From assembly GCA_037927135.1 (NCBI GenBank), contig JAXSPP010000002.1, positions 32,001 to 96,000 of the forward strand: 64,000 nt of DNA, in the 5' to 3' direction. The notes below the pieces were generated by a model that was not told where the DNA came from, ran no database searches, and worked only from the letters and a program-made list of their open reading frames with translations. Positions 49,767 to 61,200 of this stretch are shown here, one piece after another. The translations under genes and the position numbers were made by a program. How positions within the stretch are numbered: the stretch's first letter is position 1; every line of letters starts with the position of its first letter. This DNA comes from Candidatus Pampinifervens sinense. Lineage in GTDB: Bacteria > Aquificota > Aquificia > Aquificales > Aquificaceae.

Positions 49767-51267
49767 GAACGAACATGTGGATGTGCTTATCATAGCGGAA
49801 GGCACCTATCCATACATAAGGGGTGGTGTATCCTCTTGGATACATGACCTTATAAGCAATCTTCCCGAACTAAACTTTGGCGTTGTGTTTTTGGGTAGTA
49901 GAAGGGAAGATTATGGCGAGATAAAGTATAAGCTTCCGGAGAACCTTGTATATCTTATAACGGCCTATCTTTTTCAGGATGTAGAAAAGCCAAAAGCAAA
50001 AGAGATAGAGGGCAACAAGGAAGCCTTTGAAATTATAAGGAAGTTAATATACTGGTTTAAGCATAAAGGCACAGGAGATATTCCAGTGGATGTTTTAAAC
50101 GCAGATTTTTATGAAAAGGAAATAACCTATGAGGATTTTTTATATAGCAAAAGGTCGTGGGAGATAATAACGGAGTTCTACGCAGAGTATGCTATGGGAA
50201 GTCCTTTCATTGACTACTTTTGGACCATAAGGAACATGCACTATCCTCTGTGGGTGGTGGCAAGAGTGGTAAAAAAGATAGGGGATAGGTTTGATATAGT
50301 CCATAGCCCTTCCACAGGTTATGCAGGTTTTTTAGCTTCACTCCTAAAGGCCTATTACAAAAAACCCTTTATCCTAACAGAGCATGGCATATATGTAAAG
50401 GAAAGAAAGATAGACATACTTAATGCAGATTGGTTAAAGATTAAAGGCTTCCAGCTTACTAAAGGTGCTGAAGAAATAGAACATCTTCACAAGCTTTGGA
50501 TCAACTTTTTCTTTGGTCTAGGAAGACTAATATACCACAGTGCAGACAAGATCATATCCCTTTTTAACGAGGCAAGGAATATACAGATATCTTTGGGTGC
50601 AGACCCTCAAAGGTGTATTGTAATCCCCAACGGTGTGGATGTGAAGGCCCTATCCCCTATAATAGAAATGAGGGGTGATAAACCACCTAAGGTGATAGGC
50701 CTTATAGGCAGAGTTGTACCCATAAAGGATATAAAGACCTTTATAAAGGCTATGAAGATTACCGTTGAAAAGATGCCCGAAGTTCAGGGATGGATAGTGG
50801 GGCCTACGGACGAAGACCCAGAGTATTTTGAGGAGTGTAAAAACTTGGTGGAAGCCTTGGGCTTAGAAGATAAGGTCCTATTCTTAGGTTTTCAAAACGT
50901 AAAAGATATATTGCCAAAGATAGGGCTTTTAACTCTTACATCAATAAGCGAAGGTATGCCCTTGGTGGTCCTTGAAGGCTTTGCCGCAGGACTTCCCTGC
51001 GTGGCTACCGATGTGGGTTCCTGTAGGCAACTCATATATGGAGGCCTAAACGAGGAGGATATAGCCATAGGCAAGGCTGGAGAGGTGGTCCCTATTGCCA
51101 ACCCTGCCGAACTGGCAAGGGCTTATGTAAGGATCCTTGGCGATGAAGACCTATGGAGAGAATACCAAAAGAACGCCATAAGAAGGGTAAATACTTTTTA
51201 TACAAAGGAGCTTTTTCTGGAAAACTACAGAAGGATATACAGTGAGGCAAAGGGATGGCGGGTATAA
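49750..51267 (+). CDS. pelF: Pel GT4 glycosyltransferase
   Basis: EGTYPYIRGGVSSW, STGYAG, TEHGIY, RVVPIKDIKT, SISEG. Confidence 0.95.
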   Translation: MVILDKNEHVDVLIIAEGTYPYIRGGVSSWIHDLISNLPELNFGVVFLGSRREDYGEIKYKLPENLVYLITAYLFQDVEKPKAKEIEGNKEAFEIIRKLIYWFKHKGTGDIPVDVLNADFYEKEITYEDFLYSKRSWEIITEFYAEYAMGSPFIDYFWTIRNMHYPLWVVARVVKKIGDRFDIVHSPSTGYAGFLASLLKAYYKKPFILTEHGIYVKERKIDILNADWLKIKGFQLTKGAEEIEHLHKLWINFFFGLGRLIYHSADKIISLFNEARNIQISLGADPQRCIVIPNGVDVKALSPIIEMRGDKPPKVIGLIGRVVPIKDIKTFIKAMKITVEKMPEVQGWIVGPTDEDPEYFEECKNLVEALGLEDKVLFLGFQNVKDILPKIGLLTLTSISEGMPLVVLEGFAAGLPCVATDVGSCRQLIYGGLNEEDIAIGKAGEVVPIANPAELARAYVRILGDEDLWREYQKNAIRRVNTFYTKELFLENYRRIYSEAKGWRV

Positions 51268-52628
51268 GCTTTGAGCTAAGAAGGGTTTTGAGAAAAGGCA
51301 CCATAACCGCCATAGTGGAAGCTTTTGGCTATTCTTTGGCCCTAAGCTCGGGCCCATATATAATAACCATACTGTCCCTTATAGTGTCCTCTCTGCTATA
51401 TTATAGATATTCTGGCGATGCCTTATCCATAACAAGGTTTCAAGTTTCCGTAACTTACCTAATAGCTCTAAGCCTTATATATTCTGGTTTTGGTCAGCTT
51501 GTATTTACAAGGTATGTGGCAGACCGAATATTTGAAAGGGAATACTACAGGCTTATGCCGAACCTTCTGGGCTTATTGACTATTTTTATGGCTTCAGCCT
51601 TTCTTATAAGCCTTCCTTTAAGCATTTACTTCTTTGCCAGAGAGGCTGGTTATTCTTATGCCTTGATATTTTCTTTAACCTTTACCGTCTTGGTAGGCCT
51701 ATGGCTTGTGAATATAGTGCTTGTAGGTCTAAAGAGGTATAAGTTTATCCTCCTTTCCTTTGCACTTGCCTACTTGACCTTCTTCCTTATAGGCTATGTC
51801 CTCTCCAGCTTTGGTTTAAATGGCCTCATGGTGGCCTTTTTCCTCTCTCAATCCTTGTTATTTTTAATGCTTTTGGCCTATTTTATCTACAACAATCTTT
51901 CAGACAGAATAATAGAGTTTGATTTTTTGAATAAAGAAAGGGTCTTTGTATCCCTCATATTTGTAGGCTTCTTTTATAACTTAGCCATTTGGATAGATAA
52001 GTTCGTCTTTTGGTTCAACACAGCCACCTCCACACCGGTTTTAGGACCGCTCAGATATTCAATAGTCTATGACATACCCATGTTTTTGGCTTATTTGGCC
52101 ATTGCTCCCGGCATGTCTGCCCTGTTTATAAAAATAGAAGTGGAATTCTCCTATTGGTATCAAAGATACTACGATGCTATAATAAACGGTCTATCTTTAA
52201 GGAAGATATATAACTACGGCGATGAGCTTATAGAGTCTGGGAGGTCTGCCCTTTTTGAAATAGCAAGGGTGCAAGGCATATTTAACATAGTTCTCATACT
52301 TTTTGAAAAGCCTATTTTTACTCTTTTCAACATACCCTTCATCTACATACCCCTTTTCCATGTGCTTTTGTTTGGAACCTTCTTCCAGCTCCTGCTCATA
52401 TCGGTAATATCCATGCTTTTTTACTTTGACAGAAGGAAAGAAACCCTAATAACCGTCTTTGTATTCTTTGTGCTAAACTTTTTGCTTAGTTATGCCTCTA
52501 TAAAACTTGGTCCATACTTTTATGGTTATGGCTTTGTTATATCAGCTTTTATAAGTTTCCTTGTGGCCTTAATCCTTCTTAGGAGGTTCTTACATGGTAT
52601 TCATTATTACACTTTTATGTTTGTTTAG
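51255..52628 (+). CDS. pelG: Pel inner-membrane transporter/polymerase partner
   Basis: MAGISFELR, SSGP, TRYVAD, WIDK, YDIPMF, YFD. Confidence 0.95.
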   Translation: MAGISFELRRVLRKGTITAIVEAFGYSLALSSGPYIITILSLIVSSLLYYRYSGDALSITRFQVSVTYLIALSLIYSGFGQLVFTRYVADRIFEREYYRLMPNLLGLLTIFMASAFLISLPLSIYFFAREAGYSYALIFSLTFTVLVGLWLVNIVLVGLKRYKFILLSFALAYLTFFLIGYVLSSFGLNGLMVAFFLSQSLLFLMLLAYFIYNNLSDRIIEFDFLNKERVFVSLIFVGFFYNLAIWIDKFVFWFNTATSTPVLGPLRYSIVYDIPMFLAYLAIAPGMSALFIKIEVEFSYWYQRYYDAIINGLSLRKIYNYGDELIESGRSALFEIARVQGIFNIVLILFEKPIFTLFNIPFIYIPLFHVLLFGTFFQLLLISVISMLFYFDRRKETLITVFVFFVLNFLLSYASIKLGPYFYGYGFVISAFISFLVALILLRRFLHGIHYYTFMFV

Positions 52629-55335
52629 TCTTTTGTATGCAAAAGACCTCTCTGTAGGCTTTATATACAGAGATGATGTGCCGGAAGAGGCCCTCTACCT
52701 CTTTGATTGGCTTGTGGTAGACCCAGACAGCAAGCTTCCTCAAAAGCTAAGGGAAGAAAAGTTTTACATAAGAAACAAAAAGGCAAAGCTTATAGCCTAT
52801 GTAAGCGTAGGCGAGCTTGAGCCTACGAAGGAATATTACAAGGAGGCAAAGAGGGAGTGGATGCTCGGTGATAATCCAGCTTGGAAGAGTAAGATAGCAG
52901 ATGTCCGAAGAGAGGATTACGTAAATTTCCTCTTTGAAAAAGCTTTTAACCGGCTAAAAGAATATGATGGCTTTTTCTTAGACACATTGGACAGTTATCA
53001 AAAGGTCCTAAAAAGTGAAAAGGATAGAAGGGATTATGAGATGGCTTTGGTTGACCTTATAAAAAGGCTAAGGAAGACTTATCCCAATAAGCTTATTCTT
53101 ATAAACAGAGGCTTTGAGATTGTAGAGTATGTAAAAGATGACATAGATGCCCTTGTTGCAGAATCTCTCTTTTATGGCCTTGACTTGGAAAGGGGTCTAA
53201 GGTATAGAAAGATGAAAGAAGAAGAAACAAGGTGGCTTTTGGATAGGCTAAACTATGTGAAATCCCTTGGATTAAAGGTAATAGTAATAGATTATGTGGA
53301 CCCAAAAAACAGAAAGCTTCAAAAAGAGGTGGCAAAAAGGATATATGAGCTTGGCTTCATACCCTATGTATCCGACAGATTTTTGTACACCATTGGCACA
53401 AGCATATACCAGCTTAAGCCCAGAAAGGTGCTCCTCATACACGATGGCAAGCTTGACCCAGCATACAGCGATGTGCATAGGCTGGTACAACCATGGATAG
53501 AATACTATGGCTATGTGCCAGTCTTGAGAGGCATAGATCAAGCAATGTCCGACCAGTCCTTTCAAGGTCCTATGGCGGACCAATACGTAGCTATCATATT
53601 GAGTGTAGGTGAATATAAGGATGCTAACAAGCTATACAGGTGGCTTTTGGAGAAAAAGGATGAAGGCCTTAAAGTTTTTTTCATAGGTAGTATACCTTTT
53701 GCGGACAGGGATGATTACCTTTCCTCTTTTGGCATAAAAAAAGTGGGAAACCTTGGGCCTCTTGACGACTACAAAATAGAAGAAAGCTCCTTTCCCTTTT
53801 TTGAAGCAGAACCCACATTGGGAGAGATGCCAATGCTTTGGGTTGAAAGGCCACTGTATTACATAAAGGCACGGGCAAAGGGAAAGGTCTTTTACCCCCT
53901 TGCCATAACAGACTGGGGAGGCTACGCCTTAGAAGGAAGCTTTTATAAGTATATGAGGGAGGACCTCTTTGTAGTAAACCCCCTTGACCTTATAAAGGCC
54001 CTTTTGAGGCCCAATTTTCCCATTCCAGATATAACCACAGAGAACGGAAGGAGGATCCTCACAGCCCATATAGATGGAGATGCAGGCTTTGGAGTGGCAG
54101 ACTTTGACCCAAACAGGAATGTTATAGAAGTTATAAGGGATGAAATTATAAAAAGGTATCCCATACCCCACACTGTATCCATAATAGAGGGAGAGATAGC
54201 TCCCTACGGCCTTTATCCAGAAAAATCTCCAAAGTTGGAAGAGATTGCAAGGTCTATTTTTTCCCTTGACAATGTGGAGATGGCAAGCCACACCTTCTCC
54301 CATCCTTTTAGATGGCAAAAGCTTGAAAATAATGAAGGCTTACCAGAATACGCAGAGGCCCATTACAACTTAAACATACCCGGCTACACTTTTAGCTTAG
54401 AAAGGGAAATCTTTGGCTCCATAGAGTATATAAACAAGAGGCTTTCTCCAAGCCCCCAAAAGAGGGTAAAGGTCTTTCTTTGGAGCGGGGATTGTATGCC
54501 TTCTTCTAACGCCCTTAGGCTTGCCTACCGTGCAGGTGTTTACAACATGAACGGAGGATACACCTGGATAAACAAAAGAGAACCCTTCTACAGCTACATA
54601 AGCCCTATGGGCTTGGACAGGGATGGATATTTTCAAGTCTATGCTCCTGTGCAAAATGAAAACCTTTATACAAACCTTTGGAGTGATTACTACGGCTATG
54701 TTAGAGTAATAGAAACATTCCAACTCACAGAAAAACCGAGAAGGCTAAAGCCCATAGCCATATACTATCACATGTACTCTGGACAAAAGATAGCATCTTT
54801 AAAGGCATTAAGAGAGGTTTATGAATACGCTCTTTCTCAACCAGTCAATCCCATGTTTGCATCAGAATACGCGCAGAGGGTTTTGGAGTTTAGAAATATG
54901 GCCATTGCGGAGGATGTAAGGGATGGTAGCATAGTAGTTAGGTCCGAGGGCAACCTTAAGACCCTTAGAGTAGATGAAAATAGGATATATCCCCATGTTT
55001 TTGAAAGCAAAGGTGTAGTAGGTTTTAATTACATAAACCAAAGCCTTTATATTAGTTTAGACAATTCGGGAGATTATAAGATTTTGCTTGGAGATAAGGA
55101 ACCAAGCTTTTACCTTGTAAGCTCCAACGGTCAGATAGTAGAAAGTTCAAAGAAAATGAATGGTATGAGTATAAAGATAAAGGCACATGTGCCACTTGAA
55201 TACGAAATATATGCGTCGGAAGGTTGTAGCATTCATATGAGTCCAAAACCAGACTTTATGGAAAGAAGGGGGTCCATATTGAGGGTAAGGTATAAGGAGG
55301 AAAGGCTTGGTGAAGTGGAGGCCAGTTGTAAGTAG
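52594..55335 (+). CDS. pelA: Pel hydrolase/deacetylase
   Basis: AYVSVGE, FFLDTLDSY, NRGFE; PDITTENGRR..HIDGD, ASHTFSHP, WSGDC, QNEN.YT. Confidence 0.92.
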   Translation: MVFIITLLCLFSLLYAKDLSVGFIYRDDVPEEALYLFDWLVVDPDSKLPQKLREEKFYIRNKKAKLIAYVSVGELEPTKEYYKEAKREWMLGDNPAWKSKIADVRREDYVNFLFEKAFNRLKEYDGFFLDTLDSYQKVLKSEKDRRDYEMALVDLIKRLRKTYPNKLILINRGFEIVEYVKDDIDALVAESLFYGLDLERGLRYRKMKEEETRWLLDRLNYVKSLGLKVIVIDYVDPKNRKLQKEVAKRIYELGFIPYVSDRFLYTIGTSIYQLKPRKVLLIHDGKLDPAYSDVHRLVQPWIEYYGYVPVLRGIDQAMSDQSFQGPMADQYVAIILSVGEYKDANKLYRWLLEKKDEGLKVFFIGSIPFADRDDYLSSFGIKKVGNLGPLDDYKIEESSFPFFEAEPTLGEMPMLWVERPLYYIKARAKGKVFYPLAITDWGGYALEGSFYKYMREDLFVVNPLDLIKALLRPNFPIPDITTENGRRILTAHIDGDAGFGVADFDPNRNVIEVIRDEIIKRYPIPHTVSIIEGEIAPYGLYPEKSPKLEEIARSIFSLDNVEMASHTFSHPFRWQKLENNEGLPEYAEAHYNLNIPGYTFSLEREIFGSIEYINKRLSPSPQKRVKVFLWSGDCMPSSNALRLAYRAGVYNMNGGYTWINKREPFYSYISPMGLDRDGYFQVYAPVQNENLYTNLWSDYYGYVRVIETFQLTEKPRRLKPIAIYYHMYSGQKIASLKALREVYEYALSQPVNPMFASEYAQRVLEFRNMAIAEDVRDGSIVVRSEGNLKTLRVDENRIYPHVFESKGVVGFNYINQSLYISLDNSGDYKILLGDKEPSFYLVSSNGQIVESSKKMNGMSIKIKAHVPLEYEIYASEGCSIHMSPKPDFMERRGSILRVRYKEERLGEVEASCK

Positions 55336-56446
55336 CCAATTTTTAAAACTTTGGGAGCTTTTAGCACTATCTGTTTTCTTTTTGGTTATGCTTTTTGTTA
55401 TCTTTCCAAAGGGAAGGCTGGAAAGATATGTGGCCGATGAAAAAGATAAAAACCCACAGCTTGCCCTAATTTATTTAAGGGAGCTTGATAGGATAAGGCC
55501 CTTACCAGAGGTCAAGCTTATGATAGCAAAAACAAGCTTGCAGTTGGGCTACTATGAAGATGCAGAAAGGTATATAAAAGACATAGACTACACAGCTTTA
55601 AAGGAAGAAGACCTTATAGACCTTTATTTCATTCTAAAGCGCTTGTACTTTGATACAAAGAGAGGAGATTATTACGCATACGCACAAAAGGTTCTCAAAG
55701 CCCTACAAACCTCTTCCAGCCTTAAAACCTTAGAATTGGTCTACAGAGAAGCTATAGATATGGCAATGCCCTCCCTTGCTCTTTCCTCATCCCTTAGGAT
55801 AAGCAGCCTCAAGAAGAATAAAGATATACTTTGGTTGGAAAGAACATACAAGCACGCCCTTGAGTTAAAAAACTACACGCTTGCCAAGAGATATTTGGAA
55901 TATCTCATAGAAGAAGACAAGGCAAGAAGAGCCTACTGGCTAAGGGAGTATTATAACTTGGCTATGGCTATGGAGGACACTAAATTGGCTCTTGAAGTTC
56001 TTATAAACCTATATACTATAGAACCCGCAGAAAGGGAGAGGATAAAACAAAGCATAGCTTGGCTACTTTTGAAAAGCTCACAAAACCCAGAGCTTTTGTT
56101 AAAAGAGTATATGATGAAGCATCCATACCAAGAGATGTATTACATGGACATATTGGCTACACTATATAGGGCAAAGAAGGCATATAAAAAGGCCTTTGAA
56201 GTGTATAGCGTACTGTATGAGAAGGTAAAGGACCCAAGAGAAAAGGCTCTTATTTACAAGAACATAATAGGCCTTCTTTTGGAAGCAAAAGATTACAACA
56301 CTCTTAAGGATTTTATAGAAAGGAACTATGTTAACCACCTTGACAACTTGGAGCTTTTAAAGCTTACATTGAGGGCCTCTTTGGCCACAGGAGACCCAAG
56401 CTTTGCATACAAAATAGCAAAGGACATAGCGGGGAGGATAAAATGA
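55307..56446 (+). CDS. PelB N-terminal-like TPR protein
   Basis: N-terminal TM (VIFPK), LALIYL, helical repeats; between pelA and pelB. Confidence 0.65.
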   Translation: MVKWRPVVSSQFLKLWELLALSVFFLVMLFVIFPKGRLERYVADEKDKNPQLALIYLRELDRIRPLPEVKLMIAKTSLQLGYYEDAERYIKDIDYTALKEEDLIDLYFILKRLYFDTKRGDYYAYAQKVLKALQTSSSLKTLELVYREAIDMAMPSLALSSSLRISSLKKNKDILWLERTYKHALELKNYTLAKRYLEYLIEEDKARRAYWLREYYNLAMAMEDTKLALEVLINLYTIEPAERERIKQSIAWLLLKSSQNPELLLKEYMMKHPYQEMYYMDILATLYRAKKAYKKAFEVYSVLYEKVKDPREKALIYKNIIGLLLEAKDYNTLKDFIERNYVNHLDNLELLKLTLRASLATGDPSFAYKIAKDIAGRIK

Positions 56447-59202
56447 GTAAGAGGTTCTTAAGCCTTTCCTTAGCCTTGTGCCTATTTAGTATAAGCCAGC
56501 CCATCCTTGCTACCCAAAGGACACAAGAGGTGGTAAAGAGCATAGGCACTATAAAAGTGGATGAGGAGTTGTTAAAGCTTTTGATCACAAGCCTTCTGGG
56601 AAAGGGAGGGCTGGAAGAGGCCTATAGCATATCCAAAAAGGCCATAGAACTATTTCCAAAAAGCGCCTATTGGCTTGACCTTCACGCAAAGATATGCCTT
56701 TGGACAGGAAGGAATCAGGAGGCCTTTGAGACCTATAGCAAGCTTGCCAACCTAAGGCCTTCAAAGGATAGTATAAAAAACCTCTTTCTCATGGCCTTGG
56801 CTACAAACAGGTTTGACGTGGCAAGCCAGCTTATAAAGAAGTATGAATACTTGAGAGAAGATAGGTCTATAAAGGACCTTGTTTATATATTTGAACAGGC
56901 TGGAGAGCTAAAGGAACTCATAAGGCTTCTGGAAGAGCTTTATGAGAAAAAAAGAGACACAAGCATACTCTATAGCTTGGCTCAAATTAGTTATAACTAT
57001 GGGGATGTAGAAAAGGCCTTTGAATACATGAAAAGGCTGGAAAAAGAACATGGTATTACAAGTTCGGAACAAGCAAGCCTCTATTCTAACATACTCTTTA
57101 CCATGAGAAGGTATGAAAAGGCCCTTTTTGTGCTTAAAAAGTATGTCAAACTTGCAAAGGATGAAGATATAGAATACTTTGAAAACCTTTCCGACCTTGC
57201 TTGGCCTCTCAAGGATATAGAAACAGCCTTTTATGCAAGCCAAAGGCTTGAAAGCTTAGGAAAGGCAAGGCTGGTAGATTACATAAGGCTTTATATGGTC
57301 TTATACAGTAGAAAAAAATATCAAGAGGCTTCAATATATGCCAAAAGGGGTTATGAAAAATACAAAGACCTTTACCTGTTGAGTGCTTATGTACAATCCC
57401 TTGCCAATATTGAAAGGTGGGAAGAAATAGTTAGCTTTTTATCAAAAAAAGAAGAAGAGGTATTAAAGAGTTCATACCTTTCTGGACTTTATTTCAGAGC
57501 CTTATATAAGGTTGGCAAGAGGGATTATGCTACAAGCTTTCTAAAGACGGCTTTGAAAAATAGGTTTTCGGAGGACCTTTTGGCACAGGCCATATATAGC
57601 GCCATTGAAGGGTCGGACAGGAACTTGGCCATATACATAGAAAACAACTTCAAGCAGTTTAAAGATAGGATGCCTAAGGAGTTTGCATCCTTATATACCT
57701 TTTTACAAAATGCTAAATCAGCTTTGGACCTATTGAGGGATATGAAAAGGGAAAGCTTGGAGGACCTTTTAACCTATTCGGATGTGCTTGCATTGTATGG
57801 AAGAGAAGAGGAGGCTTCTCAGATAAGGTTTTCTCTCTTTAAAAAGCTAAGCCAAGATATGAAAGATACATACAAGGACCCTAATAAGCTTTATGCCTAC
57901 CTAAGGGTGGGAATATACTATATGTCCGCAAGCCAGATAGACCAAGTTCTAAGGATAGCCAAAGATTCCTTATCTAAGGTGGCCTACGAGGATATATACC
58001 AGACTTATCTTATATCACAGGACCAGCAGGACAAGCTAAGTTATATGGCAAACATAGAAAAGAAGGAGCTAAAACCTTGGATGCAGTTAAACATAGCCTT
58101 AAACTACGACGACAGAGACAAGCAAAAGGAGCTGTTGGAAAAGTATGTGGATATACTACCCATAAGGGATAGGGTGGAGGCTTTAAGGCGCACTGGACAG
58201 TTAAAAGAGGCTGGAGCCTACGCCTTTAAGGGTCTGGAAGAAAATAGAGAAGACTATCTCCTTTATAAACAGTTCAGAGATCTGGCAAGGGAGCATTATT
58301 CCTTGTTTGAAGATGAGCTTTCCTATGTAAACTTTGGTGATGTATTCTTTTTGAGGAACTATATAAACCTAAGACACTATATGGCTAAAGGTATATACTT
58401 GCTCTATGACTCAGACAGCTGGCTAAGGCTTTCTAACAAAAATGCATCTATTAAGAGAACAGAAAATACACTTTTTAATCGGATAAAACTGAGGAAGGTG
58501 TTTGATAAAAGCTATGTGGAGGCTGGCTTTTCTTACCTTTCTTCCCTTAGAGGTGTGGGGGGCTTTTCTCTTGGATATGGCACCTACCTTTCCAATAGGA
58601 CAAGCCTTCAAGCAAGTCTTGACGTAAACCAGCCTTCTTATGAAAGCATATACATGTTGCAAGGTGGAATGAAGGATAGCTTTTCTCTGTCAATACAACA
58701 TGGCCTTAGCAGTAGGCTATTTCTGAGTATGAAGAGTTCTTATGAAAGCTATAAATCTCAAGACTACAAGCATGTTGGCACAGGTTCTATAAACTATGGT
58801 GAAGTGTATTATAAGCTTAGAGTAGGCTATCCAGATTATACCCTTAGGGCCTTTGTTCAAGGCAACATGTATAGAGAAAAGGAGAGAACAAAGGGTGTTA
58901 TAGATGAGATGGTTTTTGTTCCAAGCCCTGATGTTTTACCAGAAAGTTATGGCCTTCTGGGTGTTGGTTTTTCCTTTGGCTTTGACAACAGGGACAACTA
59001 TGTGAGGGTAGTAAGACCCTTCCTTGATGTTAGCTTAAGCCTTGATACGCGTAAAAGGCTTGGTTTTAACCTTCTTGGTGGCATAGGTGGTGCCATCCTT
59101 AGACAAGATAACCTTTCCTTGGGTCTTTCTTATACTACCAACTTTATGGGAAGTAGGAATAGCCTTTGGGGAAGCTTTATCAAATACCTCAGGCTATATT
59201 GA
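56443..59202 (+). CDS. pelB: Pel TPR/beta-barrel export protein
   Basis: Signal peptide, TPRs, W.QL.IAL, GGMKD, RVGYPD, C-terminal aromatic beta-signal. Confidence 0.85.
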   Translation: MSKRFLSLSLALCLFSISQPILATQRTQEVVKSIGTIKVDEELLKLLITSLLGKGGLEEAYSISKKAIELFPKSAYWLDLHAKICLWTGRNQEAFETYSKLANLRPSKDSIKNLFLMALATNRFDVASQLIKKYEYLREDRSIKDLVYIFEQAGELKELIRLLEELYEKKRDTSILYSLAQISYNYGDVEKAFEYMKRLEKEHGITSSEQASLYSNILFTMRRYEKALFVLKKYVKLAKDEDIEYFENLSDLAWPLKDIETAFYASQRLESLGKARLVDYIRLYMVLYSRKKYQEASIYAKRGYEKYKDLYLLSAYVQSLANIERWEEIVSFLSKKEEEVLKSSYLSGLYFRALYKVGKRDYATSFLKTALKNRFSEDLLAQAIYSAIEGSDRNLAIYIENNFKQFKDRMPKEFASLYTFLQNAKSALDLLRDMKRESLEDLLTYSDVLALYGREEEASQIRFSLFKKLSQDMKDTYKDPNKLYAYLRVGIYYMSASQIDQVLRIAKDSLSKVAYEDIYQTYLISQDQQDKLSYMANIEKKELKPWMQLNIALNYDDRDKQKELLEKYVDILPIRDRVEALRRTGQLKEAGAYAFKGLEENREDYLLYKQFRDLAREHYSLFEDELSYVNFGDVFFLRNYINLRHYMAKGIYLLYDSDSWLRLSNKNASIKRTENTLFNRIKLRKVFDKSYVEAGFSYLSSLRGVGGFSLGYGTYLSNRTSLQASLDVNQPSYESIYMLQGGMKDSFSLSIQHGLSSRLFLSMKSSYESYKSQDYKHVGTGSINYGEVYYKLRVGYPDYTLRAFVQGNMYREKERTKGVIDEMVFVPSPDVLPESYGLLGVGFSFGFDNRDNYVRVVRPFLDVSLSLDTRKRLGFNLLGGIGGAILRQDNLSLGLSYTTNFMGSRNSLWGSFIKYLRLY

Positions 59203-59227
59203 AAAGGCAAAGCTAGGATGTTATAAT
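59199..59227 (+). promoter_or_regulatory. Sigma70 promoter for tRNA-Lys
   Basis: TTGAAA-17 nt-TATAAT with TGn. Confidence 0.7.
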
Positions 59228-59239
59228 ATATAATACAAA

Positions 59240-59312
59240 GGGTCGGTAGCTCAGCTGGTAGAGCAACGGACTCTTAATCCGTGGGTCGAGGGTTCGAATC
59301 CCTCCCGACCCA
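59240..59312 (+). tRNA. tRNA-Lys(CTT), CCA not encoded
   Basis: GGGTCGG/CCGACCC acceptor, ACGGA-CTCTTAA-TCCGT, GGTTCGAATCC. Confidence 0.96.
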
Positions 59313-61190
59313 TTTAAAGATGACCACAGCAAGGGGAGGAAGGGTAAGCCTTAAAGAATAAGGCCTATTGTGAAAGGGTATATTTTCTGCGTAAAGGCCT
59401 CCAAAGTTTCCAAGGTTGCTACCACCGTAGAAGTGGGAGTCTGTGTTCAAAATCTCTTTCCAAAAGCCTTCCCTTGGCACTCCAACCCTGTAATCAAAGC
59501 GTGGCACAGGTGTAAAGTTGCATACCACAAGGACAAGGTCTCCATCAGAAGACTTTCTAAGGTAGCTTATTATACTCTTCTCCCAGTCGTGAAAATCAAT
59601 CCATTCAAAGCCCTCTGGCTCACAGTCAAGCTCATGCAAGGCTTTCTCTTCCCTGTAGAGTCTGTTTAAATCCTTTACAAGCCTTTGGATGCCTTTGTGG
59701 CTGTCATAATCTAACAGATGCCAGTCAAGGCTTTCTTCGTGGTTCCACTCCCTCCACTGGGCAAACTCTCCACCCATAAAGAGGAGCTTTTTACCTGGAT
59801 GGGTCCACATGTAGCCAAAGAGGAGTCTAAGGTTTGCAAACTTCTGCCAGTAGTCTCCGGGCATCTTGTTAATGAGGGATCCTTTTCCGTGCACTACCTC
59901 ATCGTGGGACAAGGGAAGTATGAAGTTCTCTGAAAAGGCATACCATATGCTAAAGGTGAGCTGGTTGTGATGGTACTTTCTGTATATTGGGTCCTTGGAC
60001 ATGTAAAATAGAGTGTCGTTCATCCATCCCATATTCCATTTGAAGCCAAAGCCCAAACCTCCTATGTATACTGGTCTGCTTACCATGGGAAAGGCGGTAG
60101 ACTCTTCCGCTATGGTCTGAATGCCTTCAAAATCCCTATACAGACAAACGTTGAGCTTTTTTAAAAAGTCTATGGCTTCCAAGTTCTCCCTACCCCCATA
60201 CTGGTTTGGCACCCACTCCTTCCTTGAGTAGTCCAAATAGAGCATGCTGGCCACTGCATCCACCCTTAGTCCATCCGCATGGTATTTTTCAAGCCAAAAG
60301 TGGGCGGAGCTGAGAAGGAAGGACCTTACCTCACCCTTTCCGTAATCAAAGATGTAGCTGTTCCAGTCTGGATGCCATCCCTTTCTCCAGTCCTCATACT
60401 CATAGAGATGTGTGCCATCAAAGTAGGCAAGGCCGTGGCCATCGGTGGGAAAGTGGGAAGGGACCCAATCAAGGATAACGCCTATGCCTTGTTGGTGAAG
60501 GTAGTCTATAAGATACATAAAATCCTGTGGGGTGCCATACCTTGAGGTGGGTGCAAAGTAGCCCGTTATCTGATAGCCCCATGAGCCATAAAAGGGATGC
60601 TCCATAATTGGCAAAAACTCCACATGGGTAAAGCCCATCTCCTTTACATACTGGGCAAGCATGGGAGCCAGTTCTCTATAGCTTAGCCATCTGTTTCCCT
60701 CTTCTGGTACCCTTCTCCAAGAGCCAAGATGGACCTCATATATGCTTATGGGAGCCTTGTGATGGTTGATATCCTTTCTCTTTTTTAGCCATTCTTCATC
60801 CTGCCATTGATAGCCTATGTCCCACACTATGGAGGCTGTGCCTGGGGGCGTCTCATGGAAAAAGCCAAAGGGGTCTGCCCTGTCTGTCCAATAGCCCCAA
60901 GAGGTGTATAGATGATACTTATACCTTTGGCCCTTTTTTACACCCTCCACAAAGCCCTCCCATATGCCCGAGCCATCCTCCCTTCTCTTCAAAGGCAAGG
61001 AGTGCTTGTCCCATCCGTTGAAGTCTCCAAAGACAAAGACCTGCTTAGCATGGGGAGCCCAAAGGGCAAAGTAGGCACCATCTTCAAAAAAATGACAGCC
61101 AAGCTTCTCATAAAGCCTGCAATGGGAACCCTCTCTAAAAAGGTAGACATCATAATCCGTTATAAGGGAAAAATCGTATAGGACCTTCAT
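59274..61190 (-). CDS. glgB: 1,4-alpha-glucan branching enzyme
   Basis: [42 protein letters not shown]. Confidence 0.97.
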   Translation of the reverse strand: MKVLYDFSLITDYDVYLFREGSHCRLYEKLGCHFFEDGAYFALWAPHAKQVFVFGDFNGWDKHSLPLKRREDGSGIWEGFVEGVKKGQRYKYHLYTSWGYWTDRADPFGFFHETPPGTASIVWDIGYQWQDEEWLKKRKDINHHKAPISIYEVHLGSWRRVPEEGNRWLSYRELAPMLAQYVKEMGFTHVEFLPIMEHPFYGSWGYQITGYFAPTSRYGTPQDFMYLIDYLHQQGIGVILDWVPSHFPTDGHGLAYFDGTHLYEYEDWRKGWHPDWNSYIFDYGKGEVRSFLLSSAHFWLEKYHADGLRVDAVASMLYLDYSRKEWVPNQYGGRENLEAIDFLKKLNVCLYRDFEGIQTIAEESTAFPMVSRPVYIGGLGFGFKWNMGWMNDTLFYMSKDPIYRKYHHNQLTFSIWYAFSENFILPLSHDEVVHGKGSLINKMPGDYWQKFANLRLLFGYMWTHPGKKLLFMGGEFAQWREWNHEESLDWHLLDYDSHKGIQRLVKDLNRLYREEKALHELDCEPEGFEWIDFHDWEKSIISYLRKSSDGDLVLVVCNFTPVPRFDYRVGVPREGFWKEILNTDSHFYGGSNLGNFGGLYAENIPFHNRPYSLRLTLPPLAVVIFKWVGRDSNPRPTD

Positions 61191-61200
61191 ATAAAGGATT

